Assembly (NCBI RefSeq): GCF_009914755.1
Contig: NC_060933.1
Length of the DNA: 64,000 nucleotides
Origin: the human T2T-CHM13v2.0 reference genome, Homo sapiens
Strand: one strand, 5' to 3'
The position numbers were made by a program, and so were the translations under genes. The first letter of the stretch is position 1. The number at the start of each line of letters is the position of its first letter. Below the pieces are notes generated by a model. It had not been told where the DNA came from and searched no databases. It was given only the letters and a program-made list of their open reading frames with translations. This document shows positions 43,601 to 58,954 of the stretch, piece by piece.

Positions 43601-45990
43601 ATTCCATTCCATTCCATTGTATTCGGGTTAATTCCATTCCATTCCATTCCATTCCATTCCATTACAATCGAGTTGATTCCATTCCATTCCATTCCATTCC
43701 AGTCCTTTCCATTCCATTCCACTAGGGTTGATTCCATTCTATTAGTTTCCATTCCATTCCATTCCCTTCCATTCCACTCTGGTTGATTCCATTCCTTTGC
43801 ATTCCACTCGAATACATTCCCTCCTATTCCACTCGGAACGATTCCATTCCATTCCATTCCATTCCATTCCATTCCATTCCATTCCATTCCATTTCGTTCC
43901 ATTCCATTCTGTTCCGTATTATTCCATTCCATTCCATTCCATTCCATTCCATTCCATTCCATTCCATTCCATTCCATTGTACTCGGGTTGGTTCCATTCC
44001 GTTGCATTCCATTCCATTCCATTCCATTCCATTCCATTCCATTCCGTTGCATTGCATTCCATTACATTCGGGTTGATTCTATTCAACTCCCTTACTCTCC
44101 ATTACATTCCATTCCATTCGGGTTGTTCCATTCCATTCCATTCCATTCCACTCCATTCCATTGCACTCGGGTTGATTCCATTCAATTCCATTCCATTCCA
44201 TTCCATTCCATTCCGGATGATTCCATTCCATTACATTCCGTTCCATTACATTCCCCTGCACTCGCGTTGATTCCATTCCATTCCATTCCATTCCATTCCA
44301 TTCAATTCCATTCCATTACAATTCGTTCCATTCCATTCTATTCCGTACCATTCCATTCCATTGCATACCATTCCATTCCATTCCATTCTATTCCATTCCA
44401 TTCCGTTCCATTCCATTCCATTCCATTCTATTCGGATTAATTCCATTCCATTCCATTCCATTCCATTCTATTCCATTCCATTGCAATCGAGTTGAATCCA
44501 TTGCATTTCATTCCATTCCATTCCATTCCATTCCATTCCGGAAGATTCCATTCCATTGCATTCCATTCCATTCCATTCCCCTGCACTCGCGTTGATTCCA
44601 TTCCATTCCATTCCATTCCATTCCATTCCGTTCCGTTCCATTCCATTCCATTCCATTCCATTCCGTTCCGTTCCATTCCATTCCATTCCATTCTATTCGG
44701 GTTAATTGCATTCCATTCCATTCGATGGCAATCGAGTTGATTCCATTCCATTCCATTCCATTCCATTCCATTCCATTCCTTTCCATTCCATTACGGATGA
44801 TTCCATTCCATTGCATTCCATTCCATTCCATTCCCCTGTACTCGGGTTGATTCCATTCCATTCCATTCCAATCCATGCCATTCCACTCGTGTTGATTCCA
44901 TTCTTTCCATTCCATTCAAGTTGATTCCATTCCATTGCATTCCATTCCATTCGATTCCATTCGATTGCACTCGGGTTGATTCCATTCCATTGCATTCCAT
45001 TCCATTCCATTCGATTCCATTCCATTCCATTCTGTTCGATTCCATTCCATTACATTCGGATTGATTCTATTCAATTCCCTTACACTCCATTACATTACAT
45101 TCCATTCGTGTAGTTTCCATTCCATTCCATTCCATTCCTCTCCATTCCATTGCACTCGGGTTGATTCCATTCCATTGCATTCCATTCCATTCCATTCAAT
45201 TCTATTCCGTTCCATTCCATTCCATTACATTCGGATTGATTCTATTCAACTCCCTTACTCTCCATTACATTCCATTCCATTCGGGTTGTTCCATTCCATT
45301 CCATTCCATTCCACTCCATTCCATTGGACTCGGGTTGATTCCTTTCCATTCCATTCCATTCCATTCCATTCCATTCCGGAAGATTCCATTCCATTGCATT
45401 CCATTCCATTCCATTCCCCTGCACTCGCGTTGATTCTATTCTATTCCATTCTATTCCATTCCATTCCCTTCCTTTCCGTTCCATTCCATTCCATTCCATT
45501 CCATTCCATTCCATTCCGTTCCGTTCCGTTCCATTCCATTCCATTCCATTCCATTCTATTCGGGTTAATTCCATTCCATTCCATTCGATTGCAATCGAGT
45601 TGATTCCATTCCATTCCATTCCATTCCATTCCATTCCTTTCCATTCCTTTACGGATGATTCCATTCCATTGCATTCCATTGCATTCCATTCCCCTGTACT
45701 CGGGTTGATTCCATTCCATTCCATTCCAATCCATGCCCTTCCACTCGTGTTGATTCCATTATTTCCATTCCATTCTAGTTGAATCCATTCCATTGCATTC
45801 CATTCCATTCGATTCCATTCGATTGCACTCGGGTTGATTCCATTCCATTGCATTCCATTCCATTCCATTCCATTCCATTCCATTCCATTCCATTCCGTTC
45901 CATTCCATTCCATTACATTCGGATTGATTCTATTCAACTCCCTTACTCTCCATTACATTCGATTCCATTCGGGTTGTTCCATTCCATTCC
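40621..45990 (+). repeat. Direct repeat pair ~40621-42470 / ~44044-45990 (spacing ~3420-3520 bp)
   Basis: Shared private variants GTTAATTGCATT, ATTCGTGTAGTTT, TTGGACTCGGG, CTTTACGGATG and TTATTTCCATTCCATTCTAGTTG; ORF pairs 41279/44702 and 41638/45061 at offset 3423. Confidence 0.88.
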
Positions 45991-48900
45991 TTTCCATTCC
46001 ACTCCATTCCATTGCACTCGGGTTGATTCCATTACATTCCTTTCCATTCCGGAAGATTCCATTTCATTGCATTCCATTACATTCCATTCCCCTGCACTCG
46101 CGTTGATTCCATTCCTTTCCATTCCATTCCATTCCATTCCATTCCATTCCATTCCGTTCCGTTCCATTCCATTCCATTCCATTCCATTCCATTCCATTCC
46201 GTTCGTTCCATTCCATTCCATTCCATTATATTCGGGTTAATTCCATTCCATTCCATTCGATTGCAATCGTGTTGATTCCATTCCATTCCATTCCATTCCA
46301 TTCCATTCCATTCCGTTCCATTCCACTCCATTATATTCGGATTGATTCTACTCAACTCCCTTACTCTCCATTATATTCCATTCCATTCGGGTTCTTCCAT
46401 TCCATTCCATTCCATTCCACTCCATTCCATTGCACTCGGGTTTGTTCCATTCCATTCCATTCCATTTCATTCCATTCCATTCCATTCCATTCCAGAAGAT
46501 TCCATTCCATTGCATTCCATTCCATTCCATTCCCCTGCACTCGCGTTGATTCCATTCCATTCCATTCCATTCCATTCCATTCCATTCCATTCCTTTCCGT
46601 TCCATTCCATTCCATTCCATTCCATTCCAGTCCTTTCCATTCCATTCCACTCGGGTTGATTCCATTCTATTAGTTTCCATTCCATTCCATTCCCTTCCAT
46701 TCCACTCTGGTTGATACCATTCCTTTCCATTCCACTCGAATACATTCCCTCCTATTCCACTCGGAACGATTCCATTCCATTCCATTCCATTCCATTCCAT
46801 TCCATTTCGTTCCATTCCATTCTATTCCGTATCATTCCATTCCATTCCATTCCATTCAATTCCATTCCATTCCATTCCATTGTACTCGTGTTGATTCCAT
46901 TCCATTGCATTCCATTCCATTCCATTCCATTCCGTTGCATTCCATTCCATTACATTCGGATTGATTCTATTCAACTCCCTTACTCTCCATTACATTGCAT
47001 TCCATTGGGGTTGTTCCATTCCATTCCATTCCATTCCACTCCATTCCATTGCACTCGGGTTGATTCCATTCCATTCCATTCCATTCCATTCCATTCCATT
47101 CCATTCCGGATGATTCCATTCCATTGCATTCCGTTCCATTACATTCCCCTGCACTCGCGTTGATTCCATTCCATTCCATTCCATTCCATTCAATTCCATT
47201 CCATTACAATTCGTTCCATTCCATTCTATTCCGTACCATTCCATTCCATTCCATACCATTCCATTCCATTCCATTCCATTCCATTCCATTCCGTTCCATT
47301 CCGTTCCATTCCATTCCATTCCATTCTATTCGGATTAATTCCATTCCATTCCATTCCATTCCATTCTATTCCATTCCATTGAAATCGAGTTGAATCCATT
47401 GCATTTCATTCCATTCCATTCCATTCCATTCCATTCCGGAAGATTCCATTCCATTGCATTCCATTCCATTCCATTCCATTGCACTCGCGTTGATTCCATT
47501 CCATTCCATTCCATTCCATTCCATTCCATTCCTTTCCTTTCCATTCCATTCCATTCCATTCCAATCCATTCCATTCCGTTCCGTTCCGTTCCATTCCATT
47601 CCATTCCATTCTATTCGGGTTAATTCCATTCGATTCCATTCGATTGCAATCGAGTTGATTCCATTCCATTCTATTCCATTCCATTCCATTCCATTCCATT
47701 CCTTTCCATTCCATTCCATTACGGATGATTCCATTCCATTGCATTCCATTCCATTCCATTCCCCTGTACTCGGGTTGATTCCATTCCATTCCAATCCATG
47801 CCATTCCACTCGTGTTGATTCCATTCTTTCCATTCCATTGAAGTTGAATCCATTCCATTGCATTCCATTCCATTCCATTCCCCTGCAGTCGGGTTGATTC
47901 CATTCCATTCCATTCCATTCCATTCCATTCCATTCCATTCCGTTCCGTTCCATTCCATTCCATTCCATTCTATTCGGGTTAATTCCATTCCATTCCATTC
48001 CAATCGAGTTGATTCCATTCCATTCCATTCCATTCCATTCCACTCCATTCCAGTCCTTTCCATTCCATTCCACTCGGGTTGATTCCAATGTATTCCTTTC
48101 CATTCCATTCCATTCCATTGCAATCGAGTTGATTCCATTGCTTTGCATTCCATTCCATTCCATTCCATTCCGGATGATTCCATTCCATTGCATTCCATTC
48201 CATTCCATTCCCCTGCACTCGGGTTTATTCCATTCCATTCCAGTCCATTCCGCTCCATTCCATTCCATTCCAATGTATTCGGGTTAATTCCATTCCATTC
48301 CATTCCATTCCATTCCATTCCATTACAATCGAGTTGATTCCATTCCATTCCATTCCATTCCAGTCCTTTCCGTTCCATTCCACTCGGGTTGATTCCATTC
48401 TATTAGTTTCCATTCCATTCCATTCCCTTCCATTCCACTCTGGTTGATACCATTCCTTTCCATTCAACTCCTATACATTCCCTCCTATTCCACTCGGAAC
48501 GATTCCATTCCATTCCATTCCATTCCATTCCATTCCATTCCATTCCATTCCATTTCGTTCCATTCCATTCTATTCCGTATCATTCCATTCCATTCCATTC
48601 CATTCCATTCCATTCCATTCCATTCCATTCCATTCCATTCCATTGTACTCGGGTTGATTCAATTCCATTGCATTCCATTCCATTCCATTCCATTCCATTC
48701 CATTCCATTCCGTTGCATTCCATTCCATTACATTCGGATTGATTCTATTCAACTCCCTTACTCTCCGTTACATTCCATTGCACTCGGGTTGATTCCATTC
48801 CATTCCATTCCATTCCATTCCATTCCATTCCATTCCATTCCAGATGATTCCATTCCATTGCATTCGGTTCCATTACATTCCCTTGCACTCGCGTTGATTC

Positions 48901-51900
48901 CATTCCATTCCATTCCATTCCATTCAATTCCATTCCATTACAATTCGTTCCAGTCCATTCTATTCCGTACCATTCCATTAAATTCCATACCATTCCATTC
49001 CATTCCATTCCATTCCATTCCGTTCCATTCCGTTCCATTCCATTCCATTCCATTCTATTCGGATTAATTCCATTCCATTCCATTCCATTCCATTCTATTC
49101 CATTCCATTGCAATCGAGTTGAATCCATTGCATTTCATTCCATTCCATTTCATTCCATTCCATTCCGGAAGATTCCATTCCATTACATTCCATTCCATTC
49201 CATTCCCCTACAGTCGCGTTGATTCCATTCCATTCAATTCCATTCCATTCCATTCCATTCCATTCCGTTCCGTTCCGTTCCATTCCATTCCATTCCATTC
49301 CATTTCATTCCGTTCCGTTCCATTCTATTCCATTCCATTCCATTCTATTCGGGTTAATTCCATTCCATTCCATTCGATTGTAATCGAGTTGATTCCATTC
49401 CATTCCATTCCATTCCATTCCATTCCATTCCATTCCTTTCCATTCCATTACGGATGATTCCATTCCATTGCATTCCATTCCATTCCATTCACCTGTACTC
49501 GGGTTGATTCCATTCCATTCCATTCCAATCCATGCCATTCCACTCGTGTTGATTCCATTCTTTCCATTCCATTCAAGTTGAATCCATTCCATTGCATTCC
49601 ATTCCATTCGATTCCACTCGATTGCACTCGGGTTGATTCAATTCCATTGCATTCCATTCCATTCCATTCCATTCCATTCCATTCCGTTGCATTCCATTCC
49701 ATTACATTCGGATTGATTCTATTCAACTCCCTTACTCTCCATTACATTCCATTCCATTCGGGTTGTTCCATTCCATTCCATTCCATTCCACTCCATTCCA
49801 TTGCACTCGGGTTGATTCCATTCCATTCCATTCCATTCCATTCCATTCCGGATGATTCCATTCCATTACATTCCGTTCCATTACATTACCTTGCACTCGC
49901 GTTGATTCCATTCGATTCCATTCCATTCCATTCAATTCCATTCCATTACAATTCGTTCCATTCCATTGTATTCCGTACCATTCCATTCCATTCCATACCA
50001 TTCCATTCCATTCCATTCCATTCCATTCCATTCCATTCCGTTCCATTCCATTCCATTCCATTCTATTCGGGTTAATTCCATTCCATTCCATTCCATTCCA
50101 TTCCATTCTATTCCATTCCATTGCAATCGAGTTGAATCCATTGCATTTCATTCCATTCCATTCCATTCCATTCCATTCCGGAAGATTCCATTCCATTGCA
50201 TTGCATTCCATTCCATTCCCCTGCACTCGCGTTGATTCCATTCCATTCCATTCCATTCCATTCCATGCATTCCATTCCGTTCTGTTCCATTCCATTCCAT
50301 TCCATTCCATTCAGTTCCGTTCCATTCCATTCCACTCCATTCTATTCGGGTTAATTCCATTCCATTCCATTCGATTGCAATCGAGTTGATTCCATTCCAT
50401 TCCATTCCATTCCATTCCATTCCATTCCTTTCCATTCCATTACGGATGATTCCATTCCATTGCATTCCATTCCATTCCATTCCCCTGTACTCGGGTTGAT
50501 TCCATTCCATTCCATTCCAATCCATGCCATCCCACTCGTGTTGATTCCATTCTTTCCTTTCCATTCAAGTTGAATCCATTCCATTGCATTCCATTCCATT
50601 CGATTCCATTCTATTGCACTCGGGTTGATTCCATTCCATTGCATTCCATTCCATTCCATTCCATTCCATTCCATTCCATTCCATTCCCTTCCATTCCATT
50701 CCATTACATTCGGATTGATTCTATTCAATTCCCTTACACTTCATTACATTCCATTCCATTCGGGTAGTTTCCATTCCATTCCATTCCATTCCTCTCCATT
50801 CCATTGCACTCGGGTTGATTCCATTCCATTGCATTCCATTCCATTCCATTCCATTCCATTCCATTCCGTTCCATTCCATTCCATTACATTCGGATTGATT
50901 CTATTCAACTCCCTTACTCTCCATTACATTCCATTCCATTTCGGTTGTTCCATGCCATTCCATTCCATTCCACTCCATTCCATTGCACTCGGGTTGATTC
51001 CATTCCATTCCATTCCATTCCATTCCATTCCATTCCATTTCATTCCATTCCGGAAGATTCCATTCCATTGCATTCCATTCCATTCCATTCCCCAGCACTC
51101 GCGTTGATTCCATTTCATTCCATTCTATTCCATTCCATTCCCTTCCTTTCCGTTCCATTCCATTCCATTCCATTCCATTCCATTCCGTTCCGTTCCATTC
51201 CATTCCATTCCATTCTATTCGGGTTAATTCCATTCCATTCCATTCGATTGCAATCGAGTTGATTCCATTCCATTCCATTCCATTCCATTCCATTCCTTCC
51301 CATTCCATTACGGACGATTCCATTCCATTGCATTCCATTCCATGCCATTCCCCTGTACTCGGGTTGATTCCATTCCATTTCTTTCCAATCCATGCCCTTC
51401 CACTCGTGTTGATTCCATTCTTTCCATTCCATTCAAGTTGAATCCATTCCATTGCATTCCATTCCATTCGATTCCATTCTATTGCATTCGGGTTGATTCC
51501 ATTCCATTCCATTCCATTCCATTCCATTCCATTCCATTCCATTCCATTCCATTCCTTTCCATTCCATTACGGATGATTCCATTCCATTGCATTCCATTCC
51601 ATTCCATTCCCCTGTACTCGGGTTGATTCCATTCCATTCCATTCCAATCCATGCCATTCCACTCGTGTTGATTCCATTCTTTCCATTCCATTCAAGTTGA
51701 ATCCATTCCATTGCATTCCATTCCATTCGATTCCATTCGATTGCACTCGGGTTGATTCGATTCCATTGCATTCCATTCCATTCCATTCCATTCCATTCCA
51801 TTCCATTCCGTTCCATTCCATTCCATTACATTCGGATTGATTCTATTCAATTCCCTTACACTCCATTACATTCCATTCCATTCGGGTAGTTTCCATTCCA

Positions 51901-54900
51901 TTCTATTCCATTCCTCTCTATTCCATTGAACTCGGGTTGATTCCATTCCATTGCATTCCATTCCATTCCATTCAATTCAATTCCGTTGCATTCCATTCCA
52001 TTACATTCGGATTGATTCTATTCAACTCCCTTACTCTCCATTATATTCCATTCCATTCGGGTTGTGCCATTCCATTCCATTCCATTCCATTCCATTCCAT
52101 TCCATTGCACTCGGGTTTATTCCATTCCATTCCATTCCATTCCATTCCGGAAGATTCCATTCCATTGCATTCCATTCCATTCCATTCCCCTGCACTCGCG
52201 TTGATTCCATTCCATTCCATTCCATTCCATTCCTTTCCGTTCCATTCCATTCCATTCCATTCCATTCCAATCCATTCCATTCCGTTCCGTTCCGTTCCAT
52301 TCCATTCCATTCCATTCTATTCGGGTTAATTCCATTCCATTCCATTCGATTGCAATCGAGTTGATTCCATTCCATTCCATTCCATTCCATTCCATTCCAT
52401 TCCATTCCATTCCTTTCCATTCCATTACGGATGATTCCATTCCATTGCATTCCATTCCATTCCATTCCCCTGTACTCGGGTTGATTCCATTCCATTCCAT
52501 TCCAATCCATGCCATTCCACTCGTGTTGATTCCATTCTTTCCATTCCATTCAAGTTGAATCCATTCCATTGCATTCCATTCCATTCGATTCCATTCGATT
52601 GCACTCGGGTTGATTCCATTCCATTGCATTCCATTCCATTCCATTCCATTCCATTCCATTCCGTTCCATTCCATTCCATTACATTCGGATTGATTCTATT
52701 CAATTCCCTTACACTCCATTACATTCCATTCCATTCGGGTAGTTTCCATTCCATTCCATTCCATTCCTCTCCATTCCATTGAACTCGGGTTGATTCCATT
52801 CCATTGCATTCCATTCCATTCCATTCAATTCCATTCCGTTCCATTCCATTCCATTACATTCGGATTTATTCTATTCAACTCCCTTACTCTCCATTACATT
52901 CCATTCCATTCGGGTTGTTCCATTCCATTCCATTCCATTCCACTCCATTCCATTGCACTCGGGTTTATTCCATTCCATTCCATTCCATTCCATTCCATTC
53001 CATTCCAATCGAGTTGATTCCATTCCATTGCATTCCATTCCATTCCATTCCCCTGCACTCGCGTTGATTCCATTCCATTCCATTCCATTCCATTCCATTC
53101 CAATCCATTCCATTCCTTTCCGTTCCGTTCCATTCCATTCCATTCCATTCTATTCGGGTTAATTCCATTCCATTCCATTCGATTGCAATCGAGTTGATTC
53201 CATTCCATTCCATTCCATTCCATTCCATTCCATTCCATTCCTTTCCATTCCATTACGGATGATTCCATTCCATTGCATTCCATTCCATTCCATTCCCCTG
53301 TACTCGGGTTGATTCCATTCCATTCCATTCCAATCCATGCCATTCCACTCGTGTTGATTCCATTCTTTCCATTCCATTCAAGTTGAATCCATTCCATTGC
53401 ATTCCATTCCATTCCATTCCCCTGCAGTCGGGTTCTTTCCATTCCATTCCATTCCATTCCATTCCATTCCATTCCATTCCGTTCCGTTCCATTCCATTCC
53501 ACTCCATTCTATTCGGGTTAATTCCATTCCATTCCATTCCATTCCATTCCATTCCATTCGAGTTGATTCCATTCCATTCCATTCCATTCCATTCCACTCC
53601 ATTCCAGTCCTTTCCATTCCATTCCACTCGGGTTGATTCCAATGTATTCCTTTCCATTCCATTCCATTCCATTGCAATGGAGTTGCTTCCATTGCTTTGC
53701 ATTCCATTGCATTCCATTCCATTCCGGATGATTCCATTCCATTGCATTCCATTCCTTTCCATTCCCCTGCACTCGGGTTGATTCCATTCCATTCCACTCC
53801 ATTCCGTTCCATTCCATTCCATTGCATTGTATTCGGGTTAATTCCATTCCATTCCATTCCTTTCCATTCCATTCCATTACAATCGAGTTGATTCCATTCC
53901 ATTCCATTCCATTCCAGTCCTTTCCTTTCCATTCCTCTCGGGTTGATTCCATTCTATTAGTTTACATTCCATTCCATTCCCTTCCATTCCACTCTGGTTG
54001 ATTCCATTCCTTTCCATTGCACTCGAATACATTCCCTCCTATTCCACTCAGAACGATTCCATTCCATTCCATTCCATTCCATTCCATTCCATTTCGTTCC
54101 ATTCCATTCTATTCCGTATCATTCCATTCCATTCCATTCCATTCCATTCCATTCCATTCCATTCCATTCCATTCCATTGTACTCATGTTGATTCAATTCC
54201 ATTGCATTCCATTCCATTCCATTCAATTCCATTCCGTTGCATTCCATTCCATTACATTCGGATTGATTCTATTCAACTCCCTTACTCTCCATTACATTCC
54301 ATTCCATTCGGGTTGTTCCATTCCATTCCACTCCATTCCATTGCACTCGGGTTGATTCCATTCCATTCCATTCCATTCCATTCCATTCCATTCCATTCCG
54401 GATGATTCCATTCCATTGTATTCCGTTCTATTACATTCCCCTGCACTCGCGTTGATTCCATTCCATTCCATTCCATTCCATTCCATTCCATTCCGTTCTA
54501 TTCCATTCCATTCCATTCTATTCGGGTTAATTCCATTCCATTCCATTCGATTGCAATCGAGTTGATTCCATTCCATTGCATTCCATTCCATTCCATTCCA
54601 GTCCTTTCCATTCCTTTCCATTCCATTACTGATGATTCCATTCCATTGCATTCCATTCCATTCCATTCCCCTGTACTCGGGTTGATTCCATTCCATTCCA
54701 TTCCAATCCATGCCATTCCACTCGTGTTGATTCCATTCTTTCCATTCCATTCAAGTTGAATCCATTCCATTGCATTCCATTTCATTCCATTCCATTCCAT
54801 TCCGTTCCATTCCATTTCATTACATTCAGATTGATTCTTTTCAATTCCCTTACACTCCATTATATTCCAATCCATTCTGGTTGTTTCCATTCCATTCCAT

Positions 54901-57722
54901 TCCATTTCACTCCATTCCATTGCACTCGGGTTGATTCCATTCCATTCCATTCCATTTCATTCCATTCCATTCCATTCCGGATGATTCCATTCCATTGCAT
55001 TCCATTCCATTCCATTCCCCTGCACTCGGGTTGATTCCATTCCATTCCATTCCATTACATTCCGTTCCATTCCATTCCATTCCATTCGGATTGATTCTAT
55101 TCAATTCCCTTACACACCATTACATTCCATTCCGTTCGGGTAGTTTCCATTCCATTCCATTCCATTCCTCTGCATTACATTGCACTCGGGTTGATTCCAT
55201 TCCATTCCATTCCATTACATTACATTCCATTACATTACATTCCATTTCATTCCGTTCCATTGTACTCGGGTTGATTCCATTCCATTGCATTCCATTCCAT
55301 TCCGTTCCATTCCATTACATTCGGATTGATTCTATTCAACTCCCTTACTCTCCATTATATTCCATTCCATTCGGGTTGTTCCATTCCATTGCATTCCATT
55401 CCACTCCATTCCATTGCACTCGGGTTGATTCCATTCCATTCCATTCCATTCCATTCCATTCCATTCCATTCCATTCCGGATGATTCCATTCCATTGCATT
55501 CCGTTCCATTCCATTCCCCTGCACTCGGGTTGATTCCATTCTATTCCATTACATTCGGATTGATTCTATTCAACTCCCTTACTCTCCATTACATTCCATT
55601 CCATTCGGGTTCTTCCATTCCATTCCATTGCATTCCACTGCATTCCATTGCACTCAGGTTGATTCCATTCCATTCCATTCCATTCCATTCGATTCCATTC
55701 CATTCCATTCCATTCCATTCCATTCCATTCCATTCCATTCCGGATGATTACATTCCATTGCATTCCTTTCCATTCCATTCCCCTGTACTCGGGTTGATTC
55801 CATTCCATTCCATTCCAATCCATGCCATTCCACTCGTGTTGATTCCATTCTTTCCATTCCATTCAACTTGAATCCATTCCTTTGCATTCCATTCCATTCC
55901 ATTCCCCTGCAGTAGGGTTGATTCCATTCCATTCCATTCCATTCCATTCCGTTCCGTTCCATTCCATTCCTTTCTATTCGGGTTAATTCCATTCCATTCC
56001 ATTCCATTCCATTCCAATCAAGTTGATTCCATTCCATTCCATTCCATTCCATTCCATTCCATTCCATTCCACTCCATTCCAGTCCTTTCCATTCCATTCC
56101 ACTCGGGTTGATTCCATTCTATTAGTTTCCATTCCATTCCATTCCCTTGCATTCCACTCTGGTTGATACCATTCCTTTCCATTCCACTCGAATACATTCC
56201 CTCCTATTCCACTCGGAACGATTCCATTCCATTCCATTCCATTCCATTCCATTTCGTTCCATTCCATTCTATTCCGTATCATTCCATTCCATTCCATTCC
56301 ATTCCATTCCATTCCATTCCATTCCATTCCATTGTACTCGGGTTGATTCAATTCCATTGCATTCCATTCCATTCCATTCCATTCCATTCCGTAGCATTCC
56401 ATTCCATTACATTCGGATTGATTCTATTCAACTCCCTTACTCTCCATTACATTCCATTCCATTCGGGTTGTTCCATTCCATTCCATTCCATTCCACTCCA
56501 TTCCATTGCACTCGGGTTGATTCCATTCCATTCCATTGCATTCCATTCCATTCCATTCTATTCCGGATGATTCCATTCCATTGCATTCCGTTCCATTACA
56601 TTCCCTTGCACTCGGGTTGATTCCATTCCATTCCATTCCATTCCATTCGATTCCTTTCCATTCCAATTCTTTCCATTCCATTCTATTCCGTACCATGCTA
56701 TTCCATTCCATACAATTCCATTCCATTCCCTTCCACTCCGTTCCATTCCGTTCCGTTCTGTTCCGTTCCATTCCATTCCATTCCATTCTATTCGGGTTAA
56801 TTCCATTCCATTCCATTCGATTGCAATCGAGTTGAATCCATTCCATTCCATTCCATTCCATTCCATTCTTTCCATTCCATTACGGATGATTCCATTCCAT
56901 TGCATTCCATTCCATCCCATTCCCCTGTACTCGGGTTGATTCCATTCCATTCCATTCCAATCCATGCCATTCCTCTCGTGTTGATTCCATTCTTTCCATT
57001 CCATTCAAGTTGAATCCATTCCATTGCATTCCATTCCATTCCATTCCCCTGCAGTCGGGTTGATTCCATTCCATTCCATTCCATTCCATTCCATTCCGTT
57101 CCGTTCCGTTCTGTTCCATTCCATTGCATTCCATTCCATTCTATTCGGGTTAATTCCATTCCATTCCATTCCATTCCATTCAATTCCAATCGAGTTGATT
57201 CCATTCCATTCCATTCCGTTCCATTCCATTACACTCCATTCCAGTCTTTTCCATTCCATTCCACTCGGGTTGATTCCAATGTATTCCTTTCCATTCCATT
57301 CCATTCCATTGCAATCGAGTTGATTCCATTGCTTTGCATTCCATTCCATTCCATTCCATTCCGGATGATTCCATTCCATTGCATTCCATTCCATTCCCTT
57401 CCCCTGCACTCGGGTTGATTCCATACCATTCCACTCCATTCCGTTCCATTCCATTCCATTCCATTGTGTTCTGGTTAATTCCATTCCATTCCATTCCATT
57501 CCATTCCATTCCATTCCATTACAATCGGGTTGATTCCATTCCATTCCATTCCATTCCAGTCCTTTCCATTCCATTCCACTCGGGTTGATTCCATTCTATT
57601 AGTTTCCATTCCATTCCATTCCCTTCCATTCCACTCTGGTTGATTCCATTCCTTTCCATTCCACTCGAAAACATTCCCTCCTATTCCACTCGGAACGATT
57701 CCATTCCATTCCATTCCATTCC

Positions 57723-57975
57723 ATTCCATTCCATTCCATTCCATTTCGTTCCATTCCATTCTATTCCGTATCATTCCATTCCATTCCATTCCATTCCATT
57801 AAATTCCATTCCATTCCATTCAATTCCATTGTACTCGGGTTGATTCCATTCCATTCCATTCCATTTCGTTCCATTCCATTCTATTCCGTATCATTCCATT
57901 CCATTCCATTCCATTCCATTAAATTCCATTCCATTCCATTCAATTCCATTGTACTCGGGTTGATTCCATTCCATT
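57723..57975 (+). repeat. Perfect 120-bp tandem duplication
   Basis: Sequence lines starting at 57721/57781 repeat at 57841/57901, including the rare variants TTAAATTCC and TTCAATTCCATTGTACTCGGG. Confidence 0.93.
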
Positions 57976-58954
57976 GCATTCCATTCCATTCCATTCCATT
58001 CCATTCCGTTGCATTCCATTCCATTACATTCGGATTGATTCTATTCAACTCCCTTACTCTCCATTACATTCCATTCCATTCGTTTTGTTCTATTCCATTC
58101 CATTCCATTCCACTCCATTCCGGATGATTCCATTCCATTGCATTCCGTTCCATTACATTCCCCTGCACTCGCGTTGATTCCATTCCATTCCATTCCATTC
58201 CATTCAATTCCATTCCATTACAATTCGTTCCATTCCATTCTATTCCGTACCATTCCATTCCATTCCATACCATTCCATTCCATTCCATTCCATTCCGTTC
58301 CATTCCGTTCCATTCCATTCCATTCCATTCTATTCGGATTAATTCCATTCCGTTCCATTCCATTCCATTCTATTCCATTCCATTGCAATCGTGTTGAATC
58401 CATTGCATTTCATTCCATTCCATTCCATTCCATTCCATTCAGGAAGATTCCATTCCATTGCATTCCATTCCATTGCATTCCCCTGCACTCGCGTTGATTC
58501 CATTCCATTCCATTCCATTCCATTCCATTCCGTTCCGTTCCATTCCATTCCATTCCATTCCATTCCATTCCGTTCCGTTCCATTCCATTCCATTCCATTC
58601 TATTCGGGTTAATTCCATTCCATTCCATTCGATTGCAATCGAGTTGATTCCATTCCATTCCATTCTATTCCATTCCATTCCATTCCATTCCTTTCCATTC
58701 CATTACGGATGATTCCATTCCATTGCATTCCATTCCATTCCATTCCCCTGTACTCGGGTTGATTCCATTCCATTCCATTCCAATCCATACCATTCCACTC
58801 GTGTGGATTCCATTCTTTCCATTCCAATCAATTGAATCCATTCCATTGCATTGCATTCCATTCGATTCCATTCGATTGCACTCGGGTTGATTCCATTCCA
58901 TTCCATTCCATTCCATTCCATTCCATTCCATTCCGTTCCATTCCATTCCATTAC

